Positions 8,802 through 19,192 of a stretch of 36,119 nucleotides of DNA are shown piece after piece. The DNA lies in contig CAMUPJ010000001.1 in assembly GCA_947090725.1 (NCBI GenBank), positions 1-36,119 on the forward strand. The letters are read 5' to 3'. Source of the stretch: an uncultured Clostridia bacterium (GTDB taxonomy: Bacteria > Bacillota > Clostridia > Christensenellales > Pumilibacteraceae). How positions within the stretch are numbered: the stretch's first letter is position 1; each line of letters opens with the position of its first letter. A program made the position numbers and the translations under genes. The notes under the pieces were generated by a model, which did no database searches, was not told the DNA's origin, and worked only from the letters and a program-made list of their open reading frames with translations.

Positions 8802-11800
8802 TTATTCCAAAAGTTGCAAAATCTCTTCGTACTTGAGATTTGCGGCGCCCGTCGCAGCATTCATGACCAATCCCGCCAGAACGTTTTTCTTTTCCTGCAA
8901 CCGCATGATACGCTGCTCGATGCTGTCCTGCATAATCAGCTTGTAGACTTGCACCGATTTATCCTGCCCGATACGGTAGGCGCGATCGGTCGCCTGCTGC
9001 ATCACCGACTCGTTCCACCAAGGATCGTAGTGGATCACAACGTCCGCCCCCGTGAGATTGAGCCCCGTACCGCCCGCTTTGAGCGAAATAAGGAAAACCT
9101 GCGTGGCGTCGCCGTTGAACCGCGACACGAGTTTGACGCGTTCCACTTTGGGCGTGTCGCCCTTGAGAAGATAATGCGTAATACCCTCGCCGACGAATCG
9201 CGTCCGCAAAATTTCCAACATCGACGTAAACTGACTGAATATCAATACTTTGTGTCCCGCCGCCGTTGCCGTGCGCACAAGATCGAGACAGGCTTCGAGC
9301 TTTGCGGAATTTCCGTCGTAGTCGGGATACACCAGTTGCGGTTCGCAACAGATCTGTCTGAGCTTGGTAAGCATACTGAGCACGACGACTTTGTTCACGT
9401 TTTTGCCGGCGGCCTCCACGCTCTCTTTCACAAGACCGAGATTGGCGGCATAGATGTCGCGTTGTTTGTCTTCGAGCGGACAGAGTATATTGCTTTCCAT
9501 CTTGGGCGGCAGTTCTTTGAGGACCCCCGTTTTCAATCTGCGCAGTATAAACGGCTTGACAAGTTGATTGAGTCGCCGTGCCGCCGTCTCGTTGCCGTGC
9601 ACGATTTCCGTTTCCAACGTATCGCGGAACCGCGGATAAGAAAAGAGATAGCCCGGCATGAGAAAATCGAAAATACTCCAAAGCTCGGCCAAACTGTTTT
9701 CTACCGGCGTGCCGGTAAGCGCAAAACGATAGTCGGCATGCAATTGTTTGACGGCGCGGGCATTTTTCGTATCGGGGTTTTTGATATATTGCGCCTCGTC
9801 GATTACTGCAAAACGGAAGCGTATGTTTTCGTACAGTCCGGCGTCTCTGCGCAACAGTTCGTAACTGGTAATTACCACATCGTAATTGCCGAATTCTTCC
9901 ACCAGCTCCTTACGCTCCGCTCCTTTGCCGGAAACCGCAAGCACTTTGAGTTGCGGGGCAAACTTTGTGCACTCGTTGACCCAATTGAGTACCAACGTGG
10001 TGGGACACACTACGATACTCGTCCCCGCTTGCTCGCTGAGCAGCAACGCGATAACCTGCAACGATTTTCCCAATCCCATGTCGTCCGCCAAAATACCGCC
10101 GAACCCCATGCGCGTGAGCGTCTTGAGCCAACGAAAACCCGCTTTCTGATAATTGCGCATAATCGATTTGAGCGACGCCGGCACTTCGGCCAAGCTCTCC
10201 GACGCACTCGATAAATCCTTTACCAACTGTTTGAATTCGTCGCTCCGTTCCAAAAGGAAAAAGCCGCTTTTGAGCTGTGAATCCACATACGGCGCATAAT
10301 ACAACGGCACCGTCAGATCGTTTCCGTTTTCTACGGCAATTTCGGCGATGTCACTGATAGCGGCAATGGAAGGATCGAGCAAGTCCACAAACGATCCGTC
10401 GGTCAGACGCACGTAACTGCGCGCAGATCGGTATGCGGCAAGTATCTGTTGCAGTTGCGCGCTTGTATATTCCTCGCTCGACAGTTCCATTCCCAGCAAA
10501 TCGCTCTTCAGCCGCACGCCCACTTTGAAACGCGGCGGCTTTTTGACTTTCATGCGTTTGAGTTCTTCCGAAAGATATACTTCGGCAAGTCCCATCAGCT
10601 CGGTAAGTCCGTCGCGCAATAGCGTATAAATTTCCCCTTCCTCCTCAAGACGCAGGGACGGATACAGCGGGAAATATTTGCGCAGTACCGCAATAAAAGC
10701 GTACTCCCCTTCGTAATCGCGCACAAACGGATAGGACGCATTGTCGTCGAATATATCGATATTCGTCTCTCCGTCGTAACTTGCTTCGGCCGTCGCTTCG
10801 ATGCCTCCGCCCGGTAATGCATTGAGATATACTTTCAGATCAAGCGGAGACGCTTCGAACACACTCAGATCGATCTCTCCCGCCTCGATTTCGGTAAACG
10901 TCGCGAGACGGCACAACACACTGTTATAGAACTGCGACATATCGCTCTCGGCAATGAACAGTCGCCCGCGCGTCTGTATGGCTTTGAGTACCGGAACCAC
11001 CGCATCGTAATACCCTTCGGTGACGGTAAATACGCGACTGTCGGTCACAATATATTTATATTGTTTTCCGTGCAGAATCTCGTATTCTCCCAGACCGCTT
11101 TCCAGCAGATACCCGCCGGAAACTTTTCCCAAACGGAATCCCACCGTAGCCGCGTTTTGCTTGGGCACAATGAGACGGGCGCCCCCCTTGACGAATCTGT
11201 CGTCGCAATGCACCAACTGTCCTAAATACAGCCGCATGAATTCATCCACTCCGCCGGCGGACAACCGCAACTGATCGCGGTAATCGGGATTTCCCACGCG
11301 GGCATCTTCTAAAAATTCGGCTTTTTCCCGATACTAACCGCACACGAAATAAACCAACGCGGCGCTTGCTACGTCAAACGACTCGAGCACATGCGTGACG
11401 GTAAGCTCCACCCCGTACCGCTTGCGCGCACCCGTCGTCATGCAGGAAACAAAATCGGCCACGTCTTTGAGCACGTATTGCTTTTTGATGCCGATGGTAA
11501 ATTTGAGCGTAAGTCTTCCGCTCGCTCCCATCTCCATAACGGGCACCAGTTTTACCTTGTCGCCCTCTTCCGCCAGTTTGCGTCCGCGCCGCAATTTGCC
11601 GTAACGGTCAATCAACGTGCGCACGCCGGTGTCGCTGCGCAATGCCGTTTCCGCATCGGTGCGCACCGATTCGGCGGGAAATTTGTTTTCGTAGGCAAGC
11701 GCAGTGGCCACAATATGTCTGCACGGTCCGTCCGCCGCCTTATCGGCGGCACAATCACACTGATAATCGTACAGCCCGCCCTGTTCGTCGAACAAAATTT

Positions 11801-11963
11801 CCGTACGGTATTCCCTGTCCCCTTTGACGACCGCCGTAACGCGGTGTTTTCCGTTTTCCCGCGCCGTCGCCATATCGCCCACGCGATTGTCGTAGAAACG
11901 CTTTTTGCCGCCCGCGATTGCCTTGGCGCCGGCCTCTCCGTACAATGAATCCCAATCCAACAA
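8802..11963 (-). pseudogene. SWIM zinc finger-SNF2 family helicase interrupted by a single in-frame TAG at 11334-11336
   Basis: ORFs 11334..12026 (SWIM: CDC...CRH) and 8802..11297 (LADDMGLGKS, DEAQ, LTGTPVEN, ILRRLK, FSQF, SLKAGGTGLNL, QATDRAYRIGQ) share one frame: ...FVCG*YREKAEFLEDARVGNPD... Probable TTG start at 11963 with GAGGAG RBS gives about 1053 aa if continuous. Pseudogene, sequence error and readthrough are not distinguishable here. Confidence 0.8.
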
Positions 11964-12014
11964 CGATCCGCTCCTCTCTCCCGATCGCATCGGGCATTTG
12001 AAATCGTAAAGTAT

Positions 12015-12043
12015 AGTATACCACACTTTTTGCCGTTTTTCAA
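12015..12043 (-). promoter_or_regulatory. sigmaA promoter of the SNF2 gene
   Basis: TTGAAA-17 bp-TATACT with a TG extension. Confidence 0.75.
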
Positions 12044-12086
12044 CCGATGCAACGTCTTATCGGCAAGCTTTTTACCGCAATACACC

Positions 12087-12116
12087 AAAAAAACAGAGCG
12101 GCGCCGCTCTGTTTTT
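12087..12116 (-). terminator. Intrinsic terminator
   Basis: AAAAACAGAGCGG-cg-CCGCTCTGTTTTT. Confidence 0.8.
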
Positions 12117-12137
12117 ACGATAGTATCCCCAAAATAT

Positions 12138-12557
12138 TTATTCCGCCGTATCGGGCAAAGGAAGCGGTATCGGCGCTCCGTCTCCGAAAACAATCCGCAC
12201 CATAGGCGGAATATCCGCTTTGTAATAAGCGCGCGCACATTGGCCGCCGCGCTCGACGCACAACTTCTTTACGTAAGCCGCTTTGAAGCATCCCACCCTT
12301 TTGGCGCCGTTCCGCAGCTCGCACTCTCCGTCGGCAAAATGCAACGCAAGCTCTTTTCCGTCGGCAAGTCCCGCCACCTGCGGCGCAAACAGAATGACCG
12401 TCTGCTCGTTCTCGGGAATGGGCGTGGCCACCGTCTCGGGATCGGGTTCGGGCAGAGGATCGTCAAACACCGCATATTTTTCGTCTATGGAATATCCTTC
12501 GTAATCCTCATCATCGTCTTCGTACGGATTCTGATTTTCTTCGTCGTATATTTTCAT
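12138..12557 (-). CDS. Hypothetical protein with a very acidic N-terminus (139 aa)
   Basis: AAGGAG RBS, own promoter (TTGACG-18 bp-TATAAT, 12630-12601) and terminator. Confidence 0.8.
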   Translation of the reverse strand: MKIYDEENQNPYEDDDEDYEGYSIDEKYAVFDDPLPEPDPETVATPIPENEQTVILFAPQVAGLADGKELALHFADGECELRNGAKRVGCFKAAYVKKLCVERGGQCARAYYKADIPPMVRIVFGDGAPIPLPLPDTAE

Positions 12558-12701
12558 AAGGTTTCTCCTTGGCGGTTCCCCGAGTATTTTGTATAGTACT
12601 ATTATACTACGGACACCCGCGATTCGTCAATACCCTTTTCACATTTCTTTCCGTATTCGTCGAAACGCTATACGCAAAGAACCGTGGATTCCCGAGAGAC
12701 A

Positions 12702-13376
12702 TTACAAAAGTCGTTTCAATTCCTCCTTGCGTTCGGGCGATATGCTGTAGCTTTCGCGCGCTTTCTGTACCGTCTTTCGCAAAACGAAATCATTCCATCC
12801 GCCTTTTTTAAGACAAGCAAGCGTCGGTTCGTAAAATTTGACAAGCGCCACGCTCAACCCCCACGCGATCCCCATATTCACATAGTACAGTTCGCCCTGC
12901 AAACGCGCATACCAATCCCACACGGTGGGCAACCATTCTTCGGTCAGACAGTAATCCATCAAAAAGACGACTAAAAATCTTTGCTCGAATTCACCGCCTT
13001 CGGCCAAGCGGGCATACTTTTCCAAAAATTCCGCCCGATGCTTTTTCAGTTGTCCAAACGCGCCGAGCGTCATATCCACGTGCGCCCAGTTATCGAATTT
13101 GGGGAGTATCCCGTCGAGATAGGGTACTTTCTCCGCAAACGGCATTTTACTTTTGGCAAGCGCCAAAGCGTACAGCAAGATCTGCTCGTAAGTATGCGCT
13201 TTATACGCAGTAAAGAAATCGCCCGAATCCCGTGCGATTTCCTTGGCGAGCGCCTGCAAAACGGGCGCCCGAACTCCTATCATCGGCAATTGCGAGCGAA
13301 CAATCCGCGCATTGAAATCGCGATATTTCTCCTCCGCCGCGGCAACCAGTCTGTCATCGATTTCCCGTTGGGTCAC
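12702..13376 (-). CDS. DNA alkylation repair protein, AlkD-like HEAT-repeat family
   Basis: IGVRAPVLQALAKEI, YE, FDNWAHVD, YYVNMGIAWGLS, KTVQKARESY; GTG start. Confidence 0.88.
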   Translation of the reverse strand: MTQREIDDRLVAAAEEKYRDFNARIVRSQLPMIGVRAPVLQALAKEIARDSGDFFTAYKAHTYEQILLYALALAKSKMPFAEKVPYLDGILPKFDNWAHVDMTLGAFGQLKKHRAEFLEKYARLAEGGEFEQRFLVVFLMDYCLTEEWLPTVWDWYARLQGELYYVNMGIAWGLSVALVKFYEPTLACLKKGGWNDFVLRKTVQKARESYSISPERKEELKRLL

Positions 13377-13402
13377 AATACTCTTCCCCTTTGTGCGCGT
13401 TT

Positions 13403-14212
13403 TTAATATTTGGTTATATACGCGATTCCCATAGCGCCTTCGCCCACATGCACGGTCAGAACGGGACCGATCGTACGCAAGTGAATCTTGATATGCGGAA
13501 AACGCGCCGACAGTTCCGCTTCCACAAGCGAAGTATCCGCTCCTTCCGACTTCATCAGAAAAATTCTGCGAGCGGTATCGGGAACCGCCGACACCAGCGC
13601 CTTTACGCGCGGCTTGATCCCGCGCACGTTGCCGATAAACTGAATATTATCAAACAACGTGAGAATAGGACGGGTGTTGAGGGTGGTACTCACCGCGCCG
13701 CCGATTACCAATCTCCCGCCCTTTTTGAGCGGCTCCAGCGACTCTACGGTAAATACGGTACCGATTTTGTTTTTGATGCTTTCCAGGTTTTTTCCGATCT
13801 CGTCCAGCGAAAGTCCTCCCACGATCATATTGACGGCTTCATCCACCAATAAATGCAGGCCTCCGTTCACCGATCCCGAATCCACCACGCGCACGCTCTT
13901 GCCGAACGGCTCTGCCGCACGTACGGCGCTCGAATAAGTGCCGCTGAGCGCTCCCGAAAGCGTGACGCACAACACTTCGCCGCCGTTTTGCGTGAGTTCC
14001 TCGAAAAGTTTGGTGAATGCAAGGGGAACGGGCTGGCTCGTTTTGAGCAACTTGCCGCGCATCTTCTGCACGAAATTCCCGTTTTCGCCGCGCGGTTGCT
14101 CGCTGTACGAAATGCCGCTGATAAAATATGCAAGACTTACGAGACGCACACCGCGGCTTTCGATTTCCGCCCGGGAATATCCGACTGACGTATCGGTTAC
14201 AATGGTAATCAT
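13403..14212 (-). CDS. DegV family fatty-acid-binding protein (FakB-like)
   Basis: IVTDTS, KTSQP, LSGALSGTYSSA, VVDS, LKKGGR, IGPVLTVHVGEG. Confidence 0.93.
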   Translation of the reverse strand: MITIVTDTSVGYSRAEIESRGVRLVSLAYFISGISYSEQPRGENGNFVQKMRGKLLKTSQPVPLAFTKLFEELTQNGGEVLCVTLSGALSGTYSSAVRAAEPFGKSVRVVDSGSVNGGLHLLVDEAVNMIVGGLSLDEIGKNLESIKNKIGTVFTVESLEPLKKGGRLVIGGAVSTTLNTRPILTLFDNIQFIGNVRGIKPRVKALVSAVPDTARRIFLMKSEGADTSLVEAELSARFPHIKIHLRTIGPVLTVHVGEGAMGIAYITKY

Positions 14213-14260
14213 TCTCTTTTTTCCTTCCTCTTTCTTCCCTATTTCTCGCCTGTTCCTTAC

Positions 14261-15082
14261 TTAATATGCGCGGAAGCGCGCATAGCGAGCGTCGACCAAC
14301 TGCTCTGCCGTTTTTTCCTTTTGCTTACAAAAGAACGCATAGATATCGTCTTTTAGGCGGGAAAAATATTCGTCGTCGAATTCCCGTTCCGCAATGACGC
14401 GTTCTACCGCACCTCGCTTATACAGTTCCTCCGCCGTCAACCGCAACGCCGCCGCCGCTTCCCGCACCTTCGACGGGTCCTTGTACAGAATGGATGCGCA
14501 ACCTTCCGGCGAAATCACCGAATAGGTGGACGTTTCGGTAATCCACACTTCGTCGGCTACCGCCAATCCCAAAGCGCCGCCGCTGCCGCCTTCTCCGATA
14601 AAAAGACTGAGTATGGGCGTTCTGAGTCCCGCCATGTCGCGTAAGTTTACGGCAATCGCCTCCGCTTCTCCGCGTTCTTCCGCGCCGATCCCGCACGCCG
14701 CGCCCGACGTATCCACGATATTGAGAACGGGACGGTGAAACTTCTCGGCTTGCCGCATAAGTCGCAAAGCTTTGCGATATCCTTCCGGCGCGGCACAACC
14801 GAAATTGTGCTTGACTTTGTCGGCGGTATCCACGCCTTTCTCTATCCCGATGACCGTAACCGGCATATCCCCGATCCGTCCGATGCCGCCCACGACGGCG
14901 GAATCGTCGGCATATCCTCGATCTCCTTTCAGTTCGAGAAAATCCTCTACGATACGGGCGATATACTTGACGGCCGTAGGACGGTTTTTGTCGCGACTGC
15001 ACATCACGATGTCGTACGGCGTACGTTGCGTCTCCTCTACGGACGCTTGCGTCTGTTTCTTGTTATCCGCTTTTGCCGCCAT
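14261..15082 (-). CDS. accA: Acetyl-CoA carboxylase carboxyltransferase alpha (273 aa)
   Basis: ELKGDR, NFG..PEGYRKALRLM, AEERGEAEAIA, GEGGSGGALG, YSVISPEGCASIL; TAATG coupling to accD. Confidence 0.96.
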   Translation of the reverse strand: MAAKADNKKQTQASVEETQRTPYDIVMCSRDKNRPTAVKYIARIVEDFLELKGDRGYADDSAVVGGIGRIGDMPVTVIGIEKGVDTADKVKHNFGCAAPEGYRKALRLMRQAEKFHRPVLNIVDTSGAACGIGAEERGEAEAIAVNLRDMAGLRTPILSLFIGEGGSGGALGLAVADEVWITETSTYSVISPEGCASILYKDPSKVREAAAALRLTAEELYKRGAVERVIAEREFDDEYFSRLKDDIYAFFCKQKEKTAEQLVDARYARFRAY

Positions 15083-15954
15083 TACCGTTCCCCTCCCGCA
15101 TGCAAAGACAATATCCGCGCCAATTGCGTACGCATATCGTTGCGCGGAACAATCAGATCGATGTAGCCTTTCTGTTGCAAAAACTCGGCGCGTTGAAATC
15201 CGGCGGGAAGTTTCTGCCTTGTCGTCTGCTCGATCACGCGCGGACCGGCAAACCCGATGAGGGCATCCGGCTCGGCTACGATAATATCCCCCAAAAACGC
15301 GAACGAAGCCGAAACGCCGCCCGTCGTGGGGTTGGTGAGCACCGAAACGTACAAAAGTCCCGCATCGCCGTGCCGACCGATGGCGGCGCTCGTCTTGGCC
15401 ATTTGCATGAGAGAAACAATCCCTTCCTGCATACGCGCGCCCCCCGAAAGACAAAACCCGATCACGGGATACCGATGCACCGTCGCATACTCGAAAAGCC
15501 GCGTAATCTTTTCGCCTACCGCCTGCCCCATGCTTCCCATCATGAACCGATAGTCCATGGCAAACACGGCCGCATGCATTCCGGCAATTTTGGCGACGCC
15601 CGTCACCACCCCTTCGTCCTCTCCGCTCTCGGCACGCGCTTTTTCCAGCTTTTCATTGTAACCCGGAAAATCCACGCCGTCGGGGGTCGTCACGTCGGCA
15701 AACGCTTCCACGAATTCTCCGTCGTCGGCCAGCGCCGTCAGACGTTCGCGCGCGCCGATCTTAAAGTGATACCCGCATTTGGGGCAAACTTTCAGATGCG
15801 CGTCCAATTCACTCGAAAGAAGAATCTGACGGCATTTTTCACACCGCACGGATACTTTTTCGGGAACGGCGGGCTTATTGCCGTCGGCGCCTCCCTCCAG
15901 TTCGATTTTCGGTTTGCGGAAAAACAATTTCCGTATGGTTTCTTCGAATCCCAT
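15082..15954 (-). CDS. accD: Acetyl-CoA carboxylase carboxyltransferase beta
   Basis: CEKC...CPKC zinc finger, FMMGSMG, SGGARMQEG, PTTGGVSASFA, GFAGPRVIEQT. Confidence 0.97.
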   Translation of the reverse strand: MGFEETIRKLFFRKPKIELEGGADGNKPAVPEKVSVRCEKCRQILLSSELDAHLKVCPKCGYHFKIGARERLTALADDGEFVEAFADVTTPDGVDFPGYNEKLEKARAESGEDEGVVTGVAKIAGMHAAVFAMDYRFMMGSMGQAVGEKITRLFEYATVHRYPVIGFCLSGGARMQEGIVSLMQMAKTSAAIGRHGDAGLLYVSVLTNPTTGGVSASFAFLGDIIVAEPDALIGFAGPRVIEQTTRQKLPAGFQRAEFLQQKGYIDLIVPRNDMRTQLARILSLHAGGER

Positions 15955-16022
15955 TTTTTACACCCTCTGTAGTTGCCCGACTCTCGCGGTCGGGCGAAAT
16001 CCGCACGCTTTGTCGGCGCGCT

Positions 16023-17360
16023 TCAGAATTTGTGCGTGGCCATAAAATCGGTACAATAGGTACCGTCCGTAAATTCCTGCTCGGACAAGATGTCGCAACC
16101 GAGCTCGGCATTATAATTCACACCCTCTATCACCAATTCGCACAACGCCGCATTGAGTTTACGGATCGCCTCTTTGCGGTTGCTGGCATATACGATCAAC
16201 TTTCCGATCATGGAATCATAGTAGGGGGGTATGGTATAGTCCTGATAAATAGCGGTATCGAACCGCACCCAAGGGCCGCCCGGAATATGCAACAACGTGA
16301 TTTTTCCGCACGACGGACGGAAATTGTTCTTTACGTCCTCACTGTTGATGCGGCACTCGATCGCGCAGCCGGAAACGCGCACGTCGGTCTGCCCGAACCC
16401 AAGTTCCATGCCCGCCGCAATACGGATCTGCCATTTGACGAGATCCACCCCCGAAACATGTTCCGTGACGGGATGTTCTACCTGCAGCCGCGTGTTCATC
16501 TCCATGAAATAAAAGTTATTCTCTTGATCGAGCAAAAATTCCACCGTACCGGCATTGGTGTATCCCACCGCTTCCGCCGCTTTCTTGGCCGCCGCAAACA
16601 TTTTTTTGCGGACGGGATCGGGCAACAGTGCACACGGGCTTTCCTCTATGAGCTTCTGATTCTTGCGTTGTACCGAACAATCGCGTTCTCCGAGCGTAAC
16701 GATATTGCCGTGCTCGTCGCACAAAAGTTGTACTTCCACGTGCTTGACGTGCGTCAGGTATTTTTCGAGATACACTTCCCCGTTGCCGAACGCCCCCGCC
16801 GCCTCGCTGGAAGCGATCTTGACCGCTTTGGCAAGTTCGTCCTCGCTCTCTACGATACGGATTCCCCGTCCGCCGCCGCCGGCGCTTGCCTTGACGATGA
16901 CGGGATAACCGACTTGTCGCGCGACCTTTTTCGCCTCTTCGATATCGGTAATCGCATCCATACCGGGCACTACCGGGACGCCCGCTTTTTTCATGGTACG
17001 GCGCGCCTCGTCCTTGTTGCCCATAGCGTCGATTACTTTATAGTCGGGGCCGATAAACTTAATGCCGCACTGACTGCAAAGTTCGGCAAAGCGGGCGTTC
17101 TCGCTGAGAAGCCCGTACCCCGGATGAATCGCCTGTGCGCCCGTCGCCACCGCTACGTCGATAATCGCCGTCATATTCAGATAACTGTCTTTGAGAAAAG
17201 CGGGGCCGACGCAATACGCTTCGTCCGCCAAAGACACCCAAAGTCCTTCGCGGTCGGCTTCGCTGAATACCGCGACGGTAGAAATGCCCATTTCTTTGCA
17301 GGCTCTTATGACTCGCACGGCAACTTCGCCGCGATTGGCTATCAAAATTTTTTCAAACAT
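16023..17360 (-). CDS. accC: Biotin carboxylase
   Basis: KILIANRGE, IHPGYG, GGGGRG, ERDCSVQR, EMNTRLQVEHPVTE, YYDSMIGK. Confidence 0.98.
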   Translation of the reverse strand: MFEKILIANRGEVAVRVIRACKEMGISTVAVFSEADREGLWVSLADEAYCVGPAFLKDSYLNMTAIIDVAVATGAQAIHPGYGLLSENARFAELCSQCGIKFIGPDYKVIDAMGNKDEARRTMKKAGVPVVPGMDAITDIEEAKKVARQVGYPVIVKASAGGGGRGIRIVESEDELAKAVKIASSEAAGAFGNGEVYLEKYLTHVKHVEVQLLCDEHGNIVTLGERDCSVQRKNQKLIEESPCALLPDPVRKKMFAAAKKAAEAVGYTNAGTVEFLLDQENNFYFMEMNTRLQVEHPVTEHVSGVDLVKWQIRIAAGMELGFGQTDVRVSGCAIECRINSEDVKNNFRPSCGKITLLHIPGGPWVRFDTAIYQDYTIPPYYDSMIGKLIVYASNRKEAIRKLNAALCELVIEGVNYNAELGCDILSEQEFTDGTYCTDFMATHKF

Positions 17361-17448
17361 ATACTTTTACGGCTTTTTGATCGCAAAAGGCCGACAAAAC
17401 AACAAAACAAGAGGCAACTTCTGCCGTCGCCTCTACACGCCGCTTCCC

Positions 17449-17928
17449 TTAGAATATTCTGAAGAGCACCTGTCCGAACTCTACCAGCTCTCCCGACTTG
17501 GGTAATATTTCCACAATCTCGCCGTCCCGTTCGGCCACAACTTCGTTCATCAGTTTCATGGCTTCGATGATGCACAGTGTATCGCCCTTTTTCACGCGGG
17601 TACCGCGGGTAACGAAAGGCTCCGACTCGGGAGAAGGCGCACTGTAAAACACGCCCACCATGGGCGACTTGATGTCCGACACAAGGTTGTAATCGAGCAC
17701 ACCGTCGCTGGGTCCCGTTTCGGCTTGCAGTTTTTCTCCCACCGGTTCCGCCGTCACGGGCGCGGAGGCAACCGCAACGGGCGCCGTGCCGACCGATACG
17801 CAAGGCGCAACGTTCCGCTTGAGCGTAACGCGCAGACTCTCGCCGTTCTCCGTCGATTCCACTTCCATTTCGCCCAACTGCGAATTTTCAAACAGATTCA
17901 ATAAATTTTTTACGATTTTAACGTCCAT
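17449..17928 (-). CDS. accB: Biotin carboxyl carrier protein
   Basis: SPMVGVFY and the IIEAMKLMNE biotinylation motif. Confidence 0.97.
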   Translation of the reverse strand: MDVKIVKNLLNLFENSQLGEMEVESTENGESLRVTLKRNVAPCVSVGTAPVAVASAPVTAEPVGEKLQAETGPSDGVLDYNLVSDIKSPMVGVFYSAPSPESEPFVTRGTRVKKGDTLCIIEAMKLMNEVVAERDGEIVEILPKSGELVEFGQVLFRIF

Positions 17929-17955
17929 GAAGACTCACCTCTTGTTGCCGACCGC

Positions 17956-19191
17956 TTACTCGGCTTTTTTGAACGCCACGCAGGCATTATGCCCGCCGAA
18001 TCCCAGACTGGCGGAAAGCGCATACGTAAGGTTCGCTTTCTCCGCCTTGTTGGGCGTCACGTACAAGTCGCATTCGGGATCGGGTTCTTTGTAGTTGATG
18101 GTGGGCGGCACAATTCCGTCGCGAAGCGCCAAAACCGAAAACATCGCTTCGATTGCGCCCGCCGCGCCCAACATATGCCCCGTCATACTCTTGGTGGAAC
18201 TGACTTTGATTTTGCGCGCTTCGTCCTCGCCGAAGGCTTTTTTGAGCGCCGACGTCTCCGTTTTGTCGTTCAGCGGCGTACCGGTGCCGTGCGCATTGAA
18301 GTACACGCCGTTCCCGCCCGAAATTCCGCTTTCCGTCATGGCGATACGGATCGCACGCGCACTCTGCGTCGCCTCGGGATCGGGCGCCGTGATATGATGC
18401 GCATCGCAGGTATTGCCGTATCCCGTCATTTCGGCATAAATCTTGGCGCCGCGTTTTACCGCATGTTCCCAATCTTCCAATACGAGAATCGCACTGCCTT
18501 CCCCCATCACAAAGCCGGCACGCCGCTTATCGAACGGCAGACTGGCCGCGTCGGGATCGGCGCTTTGCGTGAGCGCCATACAATTGATAAAGCCGCCGAA
18601 AGCCAACGGATTGACCGCCGCTTCGCTGCCGCCCGCGATAACGGCATCGGCATACCCGTGCTTGACGGCGCGATATGCCTCTCCTATGCTGTTACTGCTT
18701 GTGGCGCATGCCGTTACAATAGGCACCGTGGGGCCGCACGCTTTGAATTTGATGGCGATTGTGCCCGCCGCCATATTGGAAATCATCATGGGGACGAAGA
18801 ACGGACTGACCTTGCGGTATCCGCCTTCCAAAAGCGCCGCATGATTGGACATCATCGTGGAAATTCCGCCGATGCCGCTGCCCACGTACACGCCGAGACG
18901 AGCGCTGTCGATTTTTCCCAAAATTCCGCTGTCTTCCACCGCCTGCGTCGCCGCGGCGACGGCATACTGCGTATACAGATCGTTTTTACGCAATTCTCCC
19001 TTTGCCATATACACGGTGGGATCGAAATTTTTGACTTCGGCAGCCAACGTGGATTTGAAATCGGTTACGTCGAATTTCGTCACGCGCGCGATTCCGTTTT
19101 TACCGCCTTTTACCGCCTCCCAAGCGGAAGATACGTCGAGGCCTACGGGCGAAACGACGCCCAGCCCCGTTACGGCTACACGTCTTTCCAT
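17956..19191 (-). CDS. fabF: Beta-ketoacyl-ACP synthase II
   Basis: TACAT, GFVMGEG, NAHGTGT, TGHMLGAAG, GFGGHN. Confidence 0.98.
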   Translation of the reverse strand: MERRVAVTGLGVVSPVGLDVSSAWEAVKGGKNGIARVTKFDVTDFKSTLAAEVKNFDPTVYMAKGELRKNDLYTQYAVAAATQAVEDSGILGKIDSARLGVYVGSGIGGISTMMSNHAALLEGGYRKVSPFFVPMMISNMAAGTIAIKFKACGPTVPIVTACATSSNSIGEAYRAVKHGYADAVIAGGSEAAVNPLAFGGFINCMALTQSADPDAASLPFDKRRAGFVMGEGSAILVLEDWEHAVKRGAKIYAEMTGYGNTCDAHHITAPDPEATQSARAIRIAMTESGISGGNGVYFNAHGTGTPLNDKTETSALKKAFGEDEARKIKVSSTKSMTGHMLGAAGAIEAMFSVLALRDGIVPPTINYKEPDPECDLYVTPNKAEKANLTYALSASLGFGGHNACVAFKKAE

Positions 19192-19192
19192 A

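Noticed and set aside
11334-11336. Genome-wide TAG reassignment
   Set aside because: Other genes here end at TAG at plausible positions, and no other gene in the window has an internal TAG.
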